DNA from: an uncultured delta proteobacterium
Lineage (GTDB): Bacteria > Myxococcota_A > Polyangia > Polyangiales > Polyangiaceae
DNA: 64,000 nucleotides
Reading direction: 5' to 3'
Assembly (NCBI GenBank): GCA_963716725.1
Contig: CAVQUB010000002.1
Location: forward strand, 224,001 to 288,000
A program made the translations under genes and the position numbers. Below, in pieces: positions 19,985 through 34,494 of this stretch. The notes below the pieces were generated by a model that was given only the letters and a program-made list of their open reading frames with translations, was not told the DNA's origin and did no database searches. Within the stretch, counting starts at the first letter, position 1, and every line of letters starts with the position of its first letter.

Positions 19985-20470
19985 ATGCGAAACCTGGTTC
20001 TGGCGACTGCCTGTTTCACCGTCGCGCTCACCGGCCCCGCAGACGCGGCCAAACACACCGTGTCGGGGGTCGCGTGCATCCCGTACGGAAATCCGAGCCT
20101 AGATTGGAGCAACCTCTCGTACACGAGCTACGGTCCGGCAAATCATAGCGGCACCACCGCGCGGACGATGGTGTGCCCGATAACCTCTCTGCCGACCCAG
20201 CCGACCAACGCGCCGACGTACTACCTCAGCGGCTACGATCGCGATCCATCGGACGAGATCGTGATCTGGTTCTGCGCGTACCAGGACGACGGGAACGGCG
20301 CCGTGTGCCACACCGCTGGCTCGGGCACCACGTACGTCGGCGCCTTTGGCGTCACCCACCTCCCCTCGACGGCCATCCCGTCGGGCGGGTACTTCTTGGT
20401 CTGGGCGACTTTGCCAAAAGTCTGGGTCGGTCAGGTCTCGCACGTCACGGCTTTGGGAGTGGAACAATGA
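19985..20470 (+). CDS. Hypothetical secreted beta-rich protein
   Basis: Signal peptide ending ADA-A; Ser/Thr/Tyr/Gly-rich with four Cys in the mature part; ATGA overlap with the next gene. Confidence 0.7.
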   Translation: MRNLVLATACFTVALTGPADAAKHTVSGVACIPYGNPSLDWSNLSYTSYGPANHSGTTARTMVCPITSLPTQPTNAPTYYLSGYDRDPSDEIVIWFCAYQDDGNGAVCHTAGSGTTYVGAFGVTHLPSTAIPSGGYFLVWATLPKVWVGQVSHVTALGVEQ

Positions 20471-20952
20471 TCCGCCGGATAGTGCTGCTCGCCGCCGCCT
20501 GGTCCGCACTCGGCTGCCGGGGCGGCCCAGCTGAAATCCACACCGAACCGCGGACGACGCCAGCCGCGGCCGAGGCCATTACGCCAACGCCAGGCACAAC
20601 GCCCGCAACGGAAGCCGGGTTCGAGGCCATCTTCCAGGCGGAACAGGTGGATCCGGCCTGGGCCTCGAAACGTGAGACTGCCCTGGTCGCCGCGTTCGCG
20701 ACGCCGGGAACGCCCAAACTGCTGGCAGCGGTCTGCAAGAACACCATCTGCCGGCTCGAGATGGAAAACGGGGACTCCGAACCGCCGACGAACCTGCCGC
20801 GACCGGCCGTCCAGAACGTGACCGTCGCGTTCTACCGTTCACCAACCAGCGTGGTCGTCTACCTGAGCCGACCCGGCCACGGGCTGCCCACGAGTCCCAA
20901 CGTCGCAGCGAAGGCGGTGACCGTCGTGAACGGGAAGACCGTAGCCCAGTAG
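20467..20952 (+). CDS. Hypothetical lipoprotein
   Basis: MIRRIVLLAAAWSALGC lipobox; 'EQVDPAWA...CKNTICRLE' motif. Confidence 0.7.
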   Translation: MIRRIVLLAAAWSALGCRGGPAEIHTEPRTTPAAAEAITPTPGTTPATEAGFEAIFQAEQVDPAWASKRETALVAAFATPGTPKLLAAVCKNTICRLEMENGDSEPPTNLPRPAVQNVTVAFYRSPTSVVVYLSRPGHGLPTSPNVAAKAVTVVNGKTVAQ

Positions 20953-20975
20953 CGCGGCGTCGCGAGTTCCCGAGC

Positions 20976-21626
20976 TCAAAAAGGATCGTCGATCTGTGCC
21001 AACTCCCAAAGCTCGACGAACTTGCCGCGCACCCAGGGATCCAGACCCACCGCCATCTCCCGGGCAAACTTGGCGCTGCGGATCAGCTCCTGGACGTCGA
21101 CCAGATCCTTCGCGCGATGCGGCGCAACCATGCCCGACGCGAGCTTCAGCTCGATCCACCGTTCGACGGGGAGCAGCGCGAACGGAGCGCCGCGAATGGC
21201 GGTCGTCGCCGGATCCGGAAACGCGATCGGCTTCGGCTTGTCGTCCCCGGGAAAGCGGCCTGCGCTGAGCACGTCGACTTCGACGTCGTGCTCGGTATCC
21301 AGCAGCTTGCCGGTTCCCGGCACGCGCTCTGAGTAGCCCTTGCCCAGCCAGCGGGACTTGAATGCCTGCAGGTCCGCCTCCCTCATTAGAAGATCGACAT
21401 CGACGGTCACGCGGCGATGCCCGTACTCGTTCAGTGCGAGCGCGCCGATGATGGCGTAGGGAAAGCCCTCGGCCTCGAGGATCGCGACGATCTTGCGGAC
21501 CGCGCTCTGGACTTCGGCTTGTCCCACGAAGAACCTCCAGCAATAGTCGATGTTCTCGCTGAGCCTCGCCGTGGCCTCGGGCGTGCGCCAGCCGGCCCCC
21601 CAAGACTGCGGTGAAGGCTCGCCCAT
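20976..21626 (-). CDS. Stand-alone nucleotidyltransferase (pol-beta superfamily, AbiEii/DUF6036-like)
   Basis: 'YAIIGALAL...RVTVDVDLL' (G...DxD), third acid in 'EVDVL', C-terminal 'LKLASG...RAKDLVDV'. Confidence 0.75.
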   Translation of the reverse strand: MGEPSPQSWGAGWRTPEATARLSENIDYCWRFFVGQAEVQSAVRKIVAILEAEGFPYAIIGALALNEYGHRRVTVDVDLLMREADLQAFKSRWLGKGYSERVPGTGKLLDTEHDVEVDVLSAGRFPGDDKPKPIAFPDPATTAIRGAPFALLPVERWIELKLASGMVAPHRAKDLVDVQELIRSAKFAREMAVGLDPWVRGKFVELWELAQIDDPF

Positions 21627-21695
21627 TGACCCGAGCGTAGCAAAGAAACGCAGCGTCGGCGCCGCTCGTCAAGCCCGCCACCGGCGGCGACGGCG

Positions 21696-21738
21696 GGTCG
21701 TGACCTGGCCATCGAAGCGGAAGATCGATCCGTGCACG
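21696..21738. repeat. 43-bp exact copy of internal moeB sequence (other copy 22146-22188)
   Basis: GGTCGTGACCTGGCCATCGAAGCGGAAGATCGATCCGTGCACG occurs at both positions. Confidence 0.95.
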
Positions 21739-21800
21739 GCAGATCCACAGGAAGTCGGGAAGGCCGGAAGGCGAGCGGGGGAACCTTCCCGCCTTCCTGT
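21736..21800. repeat. 38-bp direct repeat copy 2 plus inverted arm forming a hairpin (REP/MITE-like, possible moeB terminator)
   Basis: 21784-21800 (CCTTCCCGCCTTCCTGT) is the exact reverse complement of 19900-19916 and pairs 16/17 with 21747-21763. Confidence 0.85.
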
Positions 21801-21827
21801 TTCACTCCGCCATCTGGAGCGGACCCC

Positions 21828-22997
<1,170 letters not shown>

Positions 22998-23077
22998 ATT
23001 CGACGGAACTCCAGAGATGTCGCACTATTCCGATGCAGGAATTATCCGCCCCAAGTATTGGTGTCGGCTCGACGCTG

Positions 23078-24301
23078 TCAAGCGCTCCCCTCGAGCTGCG
23101 CCGCCAGAGCGGCGGCGTCGGCGAATTCGTGGTCGCCGCTGATCAGGCGGACGGCCAGCTCCCGCCACCGCGCCGGTGCCTCCACGACCGAGACCACGTC
23201 CTCGACCAGCCGCCCGATCCCGTAGAGGTCCTCCCGATAGCCCGAGGCTTCACCCTGAACCCGCGACGGGCTCATGTACCCGACGCTGCCGCCGTCGACC
23301 ACGCTGCCGCTCGGATGTGACAGCCCGAAGTCGGAAAGGATGGGCTGTCCCGGCGCGAGGAACATCACGTTGGCGGGCTTGAGATCGGCGTGCATGAGGC
23401 CGGCCTGGTGGACCCGCGCGAGCGCTCGCGTGAGCGGCACGAGCCACCGCTCGATGGGCAGGAGCATCTCGGAGTCGCGCCGCTGGATCACCTGCTTGAG
23501 CGACCCCGCGCCGAGCCACTCCATGACCAGGAGTCCTTTGTCGAGATCCACGTCGTAGATGCGCACGACGCCAGCCCCGGCGAGCGCGACGGCGGTACGA
23601 GCTTCGCGTGCGAGCTTGTCGCCCTCGCGCTCGGGCCGGTGGTAGATCTTGAGCGCAACGCGACGCTCGAGTTCGTCGTCGATGGCCTCGAAGACGGTGC
23701 CCGCACCGCCCCGCCCCGCTTCGCCCACGATGCGCAGGGAGGTCTCGGGCGCGTCCGCCCGCAACAGCGTCGGCTCCGCGAGGGCGGAAACCAGCGCCGG
23801 AGTCCGCCCCCCGAGGGCCCGGCGCCAGCGCTCGTGGCGCTCACGCGCGCCGGGCGTGTCGATGTCTCGCGCCAGCACGCGCTCGACCAGGGTGAGCGCT
23901 CTCGCCACGGCGCCGGTCTCCGCGCAGGTGTCGGCCTCGAGCAGCAGCGCGGACGGCGTCGTAACGCCGTGCAAGAGGCGCAGCGCACGCGGGGATTCCC
24001 CGCGAGAAATCGCGATTTCCGCGGCGCGGGTCCGGAGCGCTTCGGGCGCCAAACCCCGGCGGGCCGCCGCTTCGACGGCCGAGAGCGCCGCCTTCTCGCC
24101 GCTACCGCCCCGCGCGCGCGCCAGCTCAGCGAGCAGCGCGGGTTCGCCCACGGCGTCTCCTGCGGCCAGCGCCTCGAGCAATGAACGTTCGACCACCGGC
24201 GCGGGCTTCGGCGCCACCGGCGCCGCTCGTGGCTCGACGCTCGGCTCGCTCGCTCTCTCGGCACCGCCAAAGCGCTCACGCAAGCGCCGCCACAGGCTCA
24301 T
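23078..24301 (-). CDS. Hanks-type Ser/Thr protein kinase with N-terminal helical/TPR region
   Basis: GRGGAGTV, VALK, HADLKPAN, DFG, YMSP, DLYGIG; ATG overlaps the upstream stop. Confidence 0.87.
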   Translation of the reverse strand: MSLWRRLRERFGGAERASEPSVEPRAAPVAPKPAPVVERSLLEALAAGDAVGEPALLAELARARGGSGEKAALSAVEAAARRGLAPEALRTRAAEIAISRGESPRALRLLHGVTTPSALLLEADTCAETGAVARALTLVERVLARDIDTPGARERHERWRRALGGRTPALVSALAEPTLLRADAPETSLRIVGEAGRGGAGTVFEAIDDELERRVALKIYHRPEREGDKLAREARTAVALAGAGVVRIYDVDLDKGLLVMEWLGAGSLKQVIQRRDSEMLLPIERWLVPLTRALARVHQAGLMHADLKPANVMFLAPGQPILSDFGLSHPSGSVVDGGSVGYMSPSRVQGEASGYREDLYGIGRLVEDVVSVVEAPARWRELAVRLISGDHEFADAAALAAQLEGSA

Positions 24302-25446
24302 CCGAGGACCTCCAGCGCCACGGCGCCGTCCGGGATCCGGCGCAGGCGATCGCCGGTCACGAGTTGGATCGCGCCGTGGACCGTCAACCCGTCGAGCACG
24401 GCGGCGGTACGAGCCTCGAGCTCGATGAACCCGTCCGCGCTGCTGGTCAGCATCCAGCCCTCGAGGTCGAGGCCGCCGAGCGGTGCGTGCACCGCGCCCG
24501 CCGGAGTTTCGATGCGGACTCCGTCGCGCCAAGGCTGGAGCACGATGGGCACCTCGCCGCCGAGCTCGAGGGCCAGGCCAGAGCCCAGCTTCAGCGGCGC
24601 GGCGAGGCGCGCGCCCGCCAAGAAGGTCCCGTTTCGCGAGCCGAGATCGGCGATCTCGATGCCTTCTGCGCCGCGGCAGAGGGAGAGATGCTTCCGGCTG
24701 AGCGCCGGCGACGCGATCACGAGGGACGCCTCCGCACGGCCAATCGTGAGCTCTTGGCCAAACAGCACGTCCAGGCGCTCGCCGTCGACGACCAGACCCA
24801 CGCGGGGGAGCGCCGGGCGACGAGCTTCGACTTGGGCGAGCAGGTGGGCGACGGCCGGATCGCCGCCCCGCGCATCCCGTCCCAGTGCCAGCGCCTCGCG
24901 GCGGGCGCCCGACAGCAACAGATCGCGTACGCGAGCGTGCAGCGTCCGCTGTGCGCGCTCCGCACGCTCGCGCGCCTGCTCGGAATCGAGGACGGTCTCG
25001 AGGCGATCGATGGCGCCCGCCTCGACCAGCATCCGGGCCTCGGCGTCTCGGTCACCCGCGAACGCGTAGACCTCGGCGGCCAGCACCGCCTCACCGACGC
25101 CCTCGAGACGTGCTGCGATCTCGCCCAGCTCGAAGCGACTCGGCGAGTACGAACCAGCGGCCGCGAGCTCGAGGGTGAGGCGCGCGCGCTTGGCCTCGAT
25201 CTCACGCAAACGCTCGCCGCTGGCGAAGCTCGCTGCCTGGCTCAGGAGCAAGCGCTTCCGTTCCGGGTCGAGGACGGCATCGGCACGGAGCGCGAGCAGA
25301 CGTGCCGCGTCGGCCGGCTCGCCGTGTTCGGCGTAGAGCGCGGTGGCCTCTTCCAAGCCACCCATCGCCTCCAGGCGACGGGCGTGTGACAGCGCTGCTC
25401 GACGCCGACCCACGAAGATCTCACCCACGCGCGCGAAGAATCCCAT
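24298..25446 (-). CDS. FHA-domain protein with N-terminal helical repeats
   Basis: FHA core 'TIGR...LSRKH...DLGSRNGTF'. Confidence 0.82.
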   Translation of the reverse strand: MGFFARVGEIFVGRRRAALSHARRLEAMGGLEEATALYAEHGEPADAARLLALRADAVLDPERKRLLLSQAASFASGERLREIEAKRARLTLELAAAGSYSPSRFELGEIAARLEGVGEAVLAAEVYAFAGDRDAEARMLVEAGAIDRLETVLDSEQARERAERAQRTLHARVRDLLLSGARREALALGRDARGGDPAVAHLLAQVEARRPALPRVGLVVDGERLDVLFGQELTIGRAEASLVIASPALSRKHLSLCRGAEGIEIADLGSRNGTFLAGARLAAPLKLGSGLALELGGEVPIVLQPWRDGVRIETPAGAVHAPLGGLDLEGWMLTSSADGFIELEARTAAVLDGLTVHGAIQLVTGDRLRRIPDGAVALEVLG

Positions 25447-25609
25447 CAGCCGCCCGAGGCTGTCCGCAAACCCGCCGAGGTTTCAAGGTGGGCCTCACAA
25501 CCGCCGGAGTTTCCGGCGACCATCGCGGGATTCTGGTGCTCTTGGGCGAGCGGAATCCTGGTAAGCTCGCAGGGCTCCGAAACCCGTCCCAGGGAGAAGC
25601 ATCCGAAAC

Positions 25610-27333
<1,724 letters not shown>

Positions 27334-27369
27334 ACAGGACGCGACGTATGGCAACGAACGGCGACAGAC

Positions 27370-28502
<1,133 letters not shown>

Positions 28503-28574
28503 AGGGCATCCCCCGAGGTTTTTGCGCCATCACGCCGGCAAAAGCTGGTAGGAACCCGGTCGAACCGGAGGATC

Positions 28575-29869
28575 ATGGCGAACCATCGCAGGTTGGGGAT
28601 TTGCAGGAGTGGCTTGGCGGGCGTCGCCCTGGTGTTGGCAGCGCAGGCTGCGGGCGCACAGTCCTCGATGCCCGAGGCGCCACCGCCTGTGGAGCCCTGG
28701 TACGAAGCCGTGCAGCTCCGCGCCTTCGCCGACGGCTATGTCGGCGCCAACTGGGCCTTCCCCAAACCGACCCGCTATCAGCCGCCAACGCGCTCCTTCG
28801 ACGGGCCTCAAGGCTTCGCGCTCTCCTGGGTCGGGCTCGACGCCGCCTTCGCGCCGGAGCCGGTGGGCGGAACGCTGAACCTGCGCTTCGGCCCGACGGC
28901 CACGCGCACGCGGGCGAAGACGCCGGCAGCGGCCTCGAATACGTGAAGCAGGCCTTCGTGGCTTGGAAGCCAGGTTCGGGCAGCTGCACGCTGGAGCTCG
29001 GCAAGTTCGACACCTTCGTCGGCGTCGAAGTGGCCGAGAGCCAGGACAACTTCAACTACACCCGCGGCCTGTTGCACTCCTTCGCCCAGCCGCTCTTCCA
29101 CACCGGGGTGCGCGCCACCGCCGACTTGGTCGACGGGCTCACGCTGACCGCGATGGTGGCCAACGGTCTCAACCGCTCCTTCGACAACAACGTCGGCAAG
29201 ACCTTCGGTCTCGGCCTGAGCGTCAACCCCAGCGATGCCTTCGCCGCGTCGCTCAGCTGGTTGGGTGGACCCGAGCAGCCCGATTCGACCGAGGTCGCCT
29301 GCACCAGCGGCACCGCCTACGATCCGGAGGTCGGCAGCTGCGCCGACCAAAGCCGGAGCGCCGGCCCAGACTCAGGTCGTGATCGCGGCGGCGCCAACGA
29401 GTTCAATGCCTGGCGCCACCTGGTCGACCTCAGCCTGAAACTCCAGCCCATCGAGAGCCTCGCGGTGGTGCTCAACGCAGACTACGGGGTCGAGGGTGTG
29501 CGGCCCGCGGATACCAGCATCGAGGCGGAGCCCAAGGCCGAAAAGTGGTACGGCGCCGCGCTCTTGACGCGCATGCAGCTCAGCGAAACCTGGGCGGTGG
29601 CGCTCCGCGGCGAATACCTCGCCGATCCCGACGGGCGCGCTCTGGCGTTCACGCGCCCGGACGGCGCTGCCTTGACCGACACGGCCCTCGGCAGCGCGAC
29701 CTTGACCATTGAAGCGCGACCCACGGACAACCTGATCCTCCGCCTCGACAGCCGCGGCGACTTCGTGCTCGATGCGGCGCCAGACAAGGAGATCTTCCGG
29801 GAGAAGGTCCGAGGCAGCAGCGACAAGCTCTTCACCACGACCCTCGGCGTCGTCGTGACCACCAACTGA
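28575..29869 (+). CDS. Outer-membrane beta-barrel protein (BBP2/DUF1597-like porin), one frameshift near 28.9 kb
   Basis: Signal peptide; 'FADGYV', 'KQAFVAW', 'GKFDTFVGVEVAES..NFNYTRG', 'PLFHTGVR', 'ALRGEYLAD'. Confidence 0.78.
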
Positions 29870-29921
29870 TCGCAGCGCTCTGGCCGAGAGCGCGGGCGGG
29901 GCACCGGCCAGCAGCCGAGGG

Positions 29922-32812
29922 CTACTTGAGCTCTTCCGCGGCCTTCAGCACTTCCGGGTGCTTCTTCAGCTTCTTCTGCAAGAGCGCGACGTAGCCCTTG
30001 GCGCGGCGGTCCTTCGTGACCGCGAGCGCGCGGGCAGCGACGACACGAAGCAAGAGCGGAGCCTCGTCCGGGGGCGGATCGAGCTGCGAAGCCTTGGCCC
30101 GAGCCTCGGGCGCTCGCCCGCCCTTGGCGTCAACGTACATGCGCAGCCAGCCGCCGAGGGGACCGAGCAGGCTCGGGTACTTGGCGATCAGATCGCGCGC
30201 AGGTCCCGGTTGGTTCTTATCCATCAAGGTCCAGACGCGCTCGATGATCACCGGAACGGTCGTGCTGCCGTGCTCCAGGGCGGTGATCGCGTACTTCTCG
30301 GCTTCGTCGGCCTTGCCCTGGTAGCGACGCAAACGCGCCATGCGCAAGGCGTACACCGGACGGTTGGCGCCCTCGCCCCACTGAGCCGTCAGCTTCTCCG
30401 CGAGCTCGAGGTCACCGCTCACCAAGGCCGAGTCCACCGCGACCAGACTCTCCCCAGGGGATCGACGCGTTCGCCATGGGCTCGAGCTTGTCGGACGTGG
30501 GCACGCCGACCCCGGTGATCACCGACGGCATGGTCGCGAACGAAACGTAGTCGGGGTGCTTCTGCGGGAGCTCGCCCATGGCCTCGAGGGCGCTGCCGAG
30601 CTCGGAGCCGTCGAGGGTCTCGTAGGCCAGCACCGCGCGGACGACGGCCACCTCCGGGCTCCGCGGCTCGAGCTCTTCGATGGCCTTCTTGGCTTCGTCG
30701 AGCCGTCCGCCGAGCAGCGCAACTCGCGACGCCAGCACGCGCGCCTTGCGGGTAGAGCGCCGAGAACTGCAGCGCCCGGAGCGCGGCCTTGCGCGCCAGC
30801 TTCTCGTCGCCGGCCTTGATCGCCAAGAACCCGAGGGAGGTGGCCATCGCTGGCGTGTCCGAAAGCAGGATCGCGCTGTCGATGGACGCGACCGCCTTCT
30901 TCTCGAGGCCCGCGCCAATGGCCTGGATCGCCTCCACCACGGCGGACACCGGCATCAGCGGCGCGACCAGGGTCTGGCGGTCGTCCTCGGAGATGGTGGC
31001 AGATCTTGGGCAGTTCCTTCGGTCGCTCCGGATCGACCACCCACGCCAGCGCCTCCAGGGCGCGAGTGGTCGCCGTCTCACCGGTCTTCTGCTTGAGCTC
31101 TTCGATGACCGGCTTGCCCTTCTCGGGGCCGAGTTCGAGCAACACCGACCGCGCCAGGAGCACGTCCGCCACCAAGAGCTTGGGATCGAGCGCGCGCGCC
31201 GCTTCGTAGCGCTCGATGGCCCGGCGATCGCCTGCGCGTTCGAGCACGGCGCCGGCGGTGAGCTGGTAGTAGGCGTCCTTGCCGGAGTCTTTGTCGTACT
31301 TGGGCAGCGATGCGGCCGCTCCCGCGAGATCGCCCTCGACCAGGTACGAGGCGAGCTTCCCGAACACCACCTCGGACTCGGGCACCTCGAGGGAGCGTGC
31401 GCGATGCATGGCGGAGTCGATGCCGCGAGCCTCGCCGGGCAAGATCAGGGCACCGAGCACGCGATTCTGTAACCACTGCTTGGCAGCACGCTGGCTTCGG
31501 GAGTCGAGCTCGAAGATCCGACTCAAGCGATCGTCGGTGGCCTTCAGCTGCGCCATCTCGGCGCTGTGGAGCATGACCTCGACCTCGTCACTGAGGCGTT
31601 GGGCGAGCTGGGCGCGCTCCTTCTGGACCTTGCGCGCGTAGGCGAAACCGCCGCCGCCGATCGCGATGATGAGCACCGTCGCGACGATGAGCACCCAGGA
31701 TCCCCGCGCGCGCTGGACGGCGGCGGCCTCCCAGGCCGGCGGCGCGCCGCCACCGGGCTCGTAGATCCCGACCCGCGCCAGGCTCTCGAGCACGGCCTGG
31801 GGAGTCGGGTTCGCTACGTCGTCGGCACACGTTGGCGGGGAGTCGTCCTCCTCGAGGGGGCCGCGGGGGATTGGATGCGTAGGCGGGCTGCGGCGCCGTG
31901 GCGGGGTGCCGTACAGATCCGGCGCTGCGTCCGCAGGTCTGCGGGGGCGCTTGGCGCGGCGGCGGCGGCCGCGGCGCGCCGGGGCTGGGCTCGTCGTAGG
32001 CGCTCGGGGGCGGAAACATCCGGGGCTCGTCGGTCTGCCTCCGGGTGGTGGTCCCGGTCGCGCTCGCGAACTGCTCACGCTGGGGCAACCCCGGGATGGG
32101 CGCTCCGCGGTGGACGGTCGTCTCGTCATCGTCGCCGAGGCTGGGAGCGCGAGAGTTCGGCGGAAACGCCACCGCTGGTAGCGGCGCCGGCGGCAAGGGC
32201 GGAGGCACGGAGCGTGGACGCGCGTTGGGCATCGCGGGGCGGGCAGCCGGCGGCGGCGGCTGCCCCGGGGACCGGCGCATCGTCGGTGCTTCTTCCGCCC
32301 AGGGCGACGCGGCTGGCGGCGGCATCGCGACCTGGGCTGCGGGCGCCGCCCGCGCCGGGAGCGTCCGCGACACCTCTTGTGCCACCGCCTGCGGTCCGAC
32401 GCGCTTCTGCAGCGCGACGTAGACCAAGCGCGCGATCATGCCAGAGCTTGGTGTCGGCGTCTGAGGCGCCGAGCTGCATCGCGCGCTGCAGCACCTTCTC
32501 GGCTCGGCCGGCGTCACCGCGACGCAGCAGGACCTCCCCCAGGTAGCGGAACGCTCGGCCGTCGCGCGGGTTGGCCTTGCCCGCGTTGACCAGCGCGTTC
32601 TGCGACTCCGCGAGCAGGCCGGCCTCCAGGTACATGCGGCCGACGGCGAGCATCACGTCGCCGTCGTTTGCGTGCCATTGCTCGGCCCGCGCGCCGACCT
32701 CGCGCACGAGGTCCTCGCGCGGCGAAACGCCGAGGCGGGTGCAGAGGGCGACGGTCGAGTCGGAGTCCGGGTTCGACCGCCAGTCCTCCAGGAGCTGCTC
32801 AAAGGCACCCAT
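29922..32812 (-). CDS. Large TPR protein with Pro-rich linker and one TM helix (frameshifted)
   Basis: Consecutive minus-strand ORF fragments 32126-32812, 31588-32517, 30519-32129, 30419-31081, 30412-30918 and 29922-30437 join into one Ala/Leu-rich TPR-like protein; TM 'WVLIVATVLIIAIGGGGFAY'. Confidence 0.65.
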
Positions 32813-32987
32813 CGGGGACGAGAGGATAGTCAGAAGGCGTGAAAAGCTCTAAGAGTTTCGGGGGCCGGCTCGAAATGGGACACTCGGGGACCCGGTCCCC
32901 AGGGCCCCCGTCCGAACGGGACCGCTGGCACTGGGACCCGCTCAGTTGTGCAGTATCCACCCGGGCCCGCACCCCAGAAAGGCCGTT

Positions 32988-34455
32988 ATGTGCGGCGTCT
33001 TCGGCATCTACGGCCACCCGGAAGCGGCCAACCTGACCTACCTCGGTCTGCACGCGCTGCAGCACCGCGGCCAGGAGAGCGCGGGCCTGGTCGACCAGCG
33101 ACGGCCAGCCAGCTGTTCCTGCACCGCGGCATGGGGCACGTCATCGACGTCTTCCCGCCCGAGCAGATCGCCGAGCTCCCGGGCACGAGCGCGATTGGCC
33201 ACGTCCGCTACTCGACCGCCGGCGGCTCGTTCCTGAAGAACGCGCAGCCCCTGGCCGTCGACTACGCCCGCGGCTCGGTCGCCGTCGCGCACAACGGCAA
33301 CCTGACCAACGCCGAAGCACTGCGCGAGAAGCTGGAGGAGCGCGGGTCGATCTTCCAAAGCGTGAGTCGACACCGAGGTCATCGTCCACCTGATGGCGAT
33401 GAGCAAGGCGCGTCGAGTCGAGGAGCGAATCGCCGACGCGCTGCGGTCAGGTCGAGGGCGCGTACTCACTCTTGTTCCTCACCGAGCAGGCCATGATCGC
33501 GGTCCGCGATCCGATGGGCATCCGGCCGCTCTGCCTGGGCATCTTGCCGGGCAAGCCGGACGCCTACGTCAGTCGCCAGCGAGCCGACCGAGCTTCGACC
33601 TGATCGACGCCGAGTTCGTCCGGGACGTCGAACCCGGCGAGATGGTCGTGATCGACGCAAGCGCGGCATCCAAAGCTCGCGTCCTTTCGAGCGTGCACGC
33701 ACGCACACTCGTGCATCTTCGAGTACGTCTACTTCGCGCGGCCCGACTCCACCATCGACGGGATCAGCGTGTACGAGGCCGCAAGAACCTGGGGCGCGCG
33801 CTGGCCCGGGAGCACCCGGTGCGACGCGGACGTCGTGATCCCGGTGCCGGACTCGGGCGTTCCCGCGACCATCGGCTACGCCGAGCAGAGCGGGCATCCC
33901 CTTCGAGATGGGTCTCGTGCGCAGCCACTACGTCGGCCGCACCTTCATCGAGCCGCAGCAGAGCATCCGTCACTTCGGCGTCCGCCTGAAGCTGAACCCG
34001 GTCGGCGACGCTGCTGCGCGGCAAGCGCGTCGTCGTCGTCGACGACAGCATCGTGCGCGGCACCACCAGCCGCAAGATCGTGAAGATGCTGCGCGACGCC
34101 GGGCGCGCGCGAGGTGCACATGCGCATCTCCAGCCCGCCCAACGCGCTGGCCCTGCTACTACGGCATCGACACGCCGACCCGCGGCGAGCTCATCGCGCT
34201 CGAGCCATAGCGTCGAGGAGATCAATCAGTACATCACGAGCGACAGCCTCGACTACCTGAGCCTCGAAGAGATGGTCGATGCCGTGGTCAACACCCACCC
34301 CGACAGGCAAGAGAGCCCGCCGCGCAGCCTGCCGATTATGCAGGCTGCGATCCAGAACGGACAGTCGTTTTGCCACGCATGCTTGAGCGGGCGAGTACCC
34401 GGTCGAGTTCTCGCCCCACCCTCGCCACCGCAGCTCCAAGCTGGTGGAAAGCTAA
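32988..34455 (+). CDS. purF: Amidophosphoribosyltransferase (multiple frameshifts, probably sequence errors)
   Basis: [67 protein letters not shown]. Confidence 0.93.
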
Positions 34456-34494
34456 CGAGCCTGCGGGGCGTGCCATAATGCGGGCTTTAGAGCC

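Noticed and set aside
19889..21800. CRISPR-like repeat-spacer array
   Set aside because: Only two direct copies 1.85 kb apart, no regular spacers and no cas genes.
32840..32987. Possible purine/PRPP/ZTP riboswitch upstream of purF (GGGGAC-CCG-GTCCCC hairpin)
   Set aside because: I could not match conserved riboswitch sequence elements, and short GC hairpins are common by chance here. An Rfam scan would settle it.
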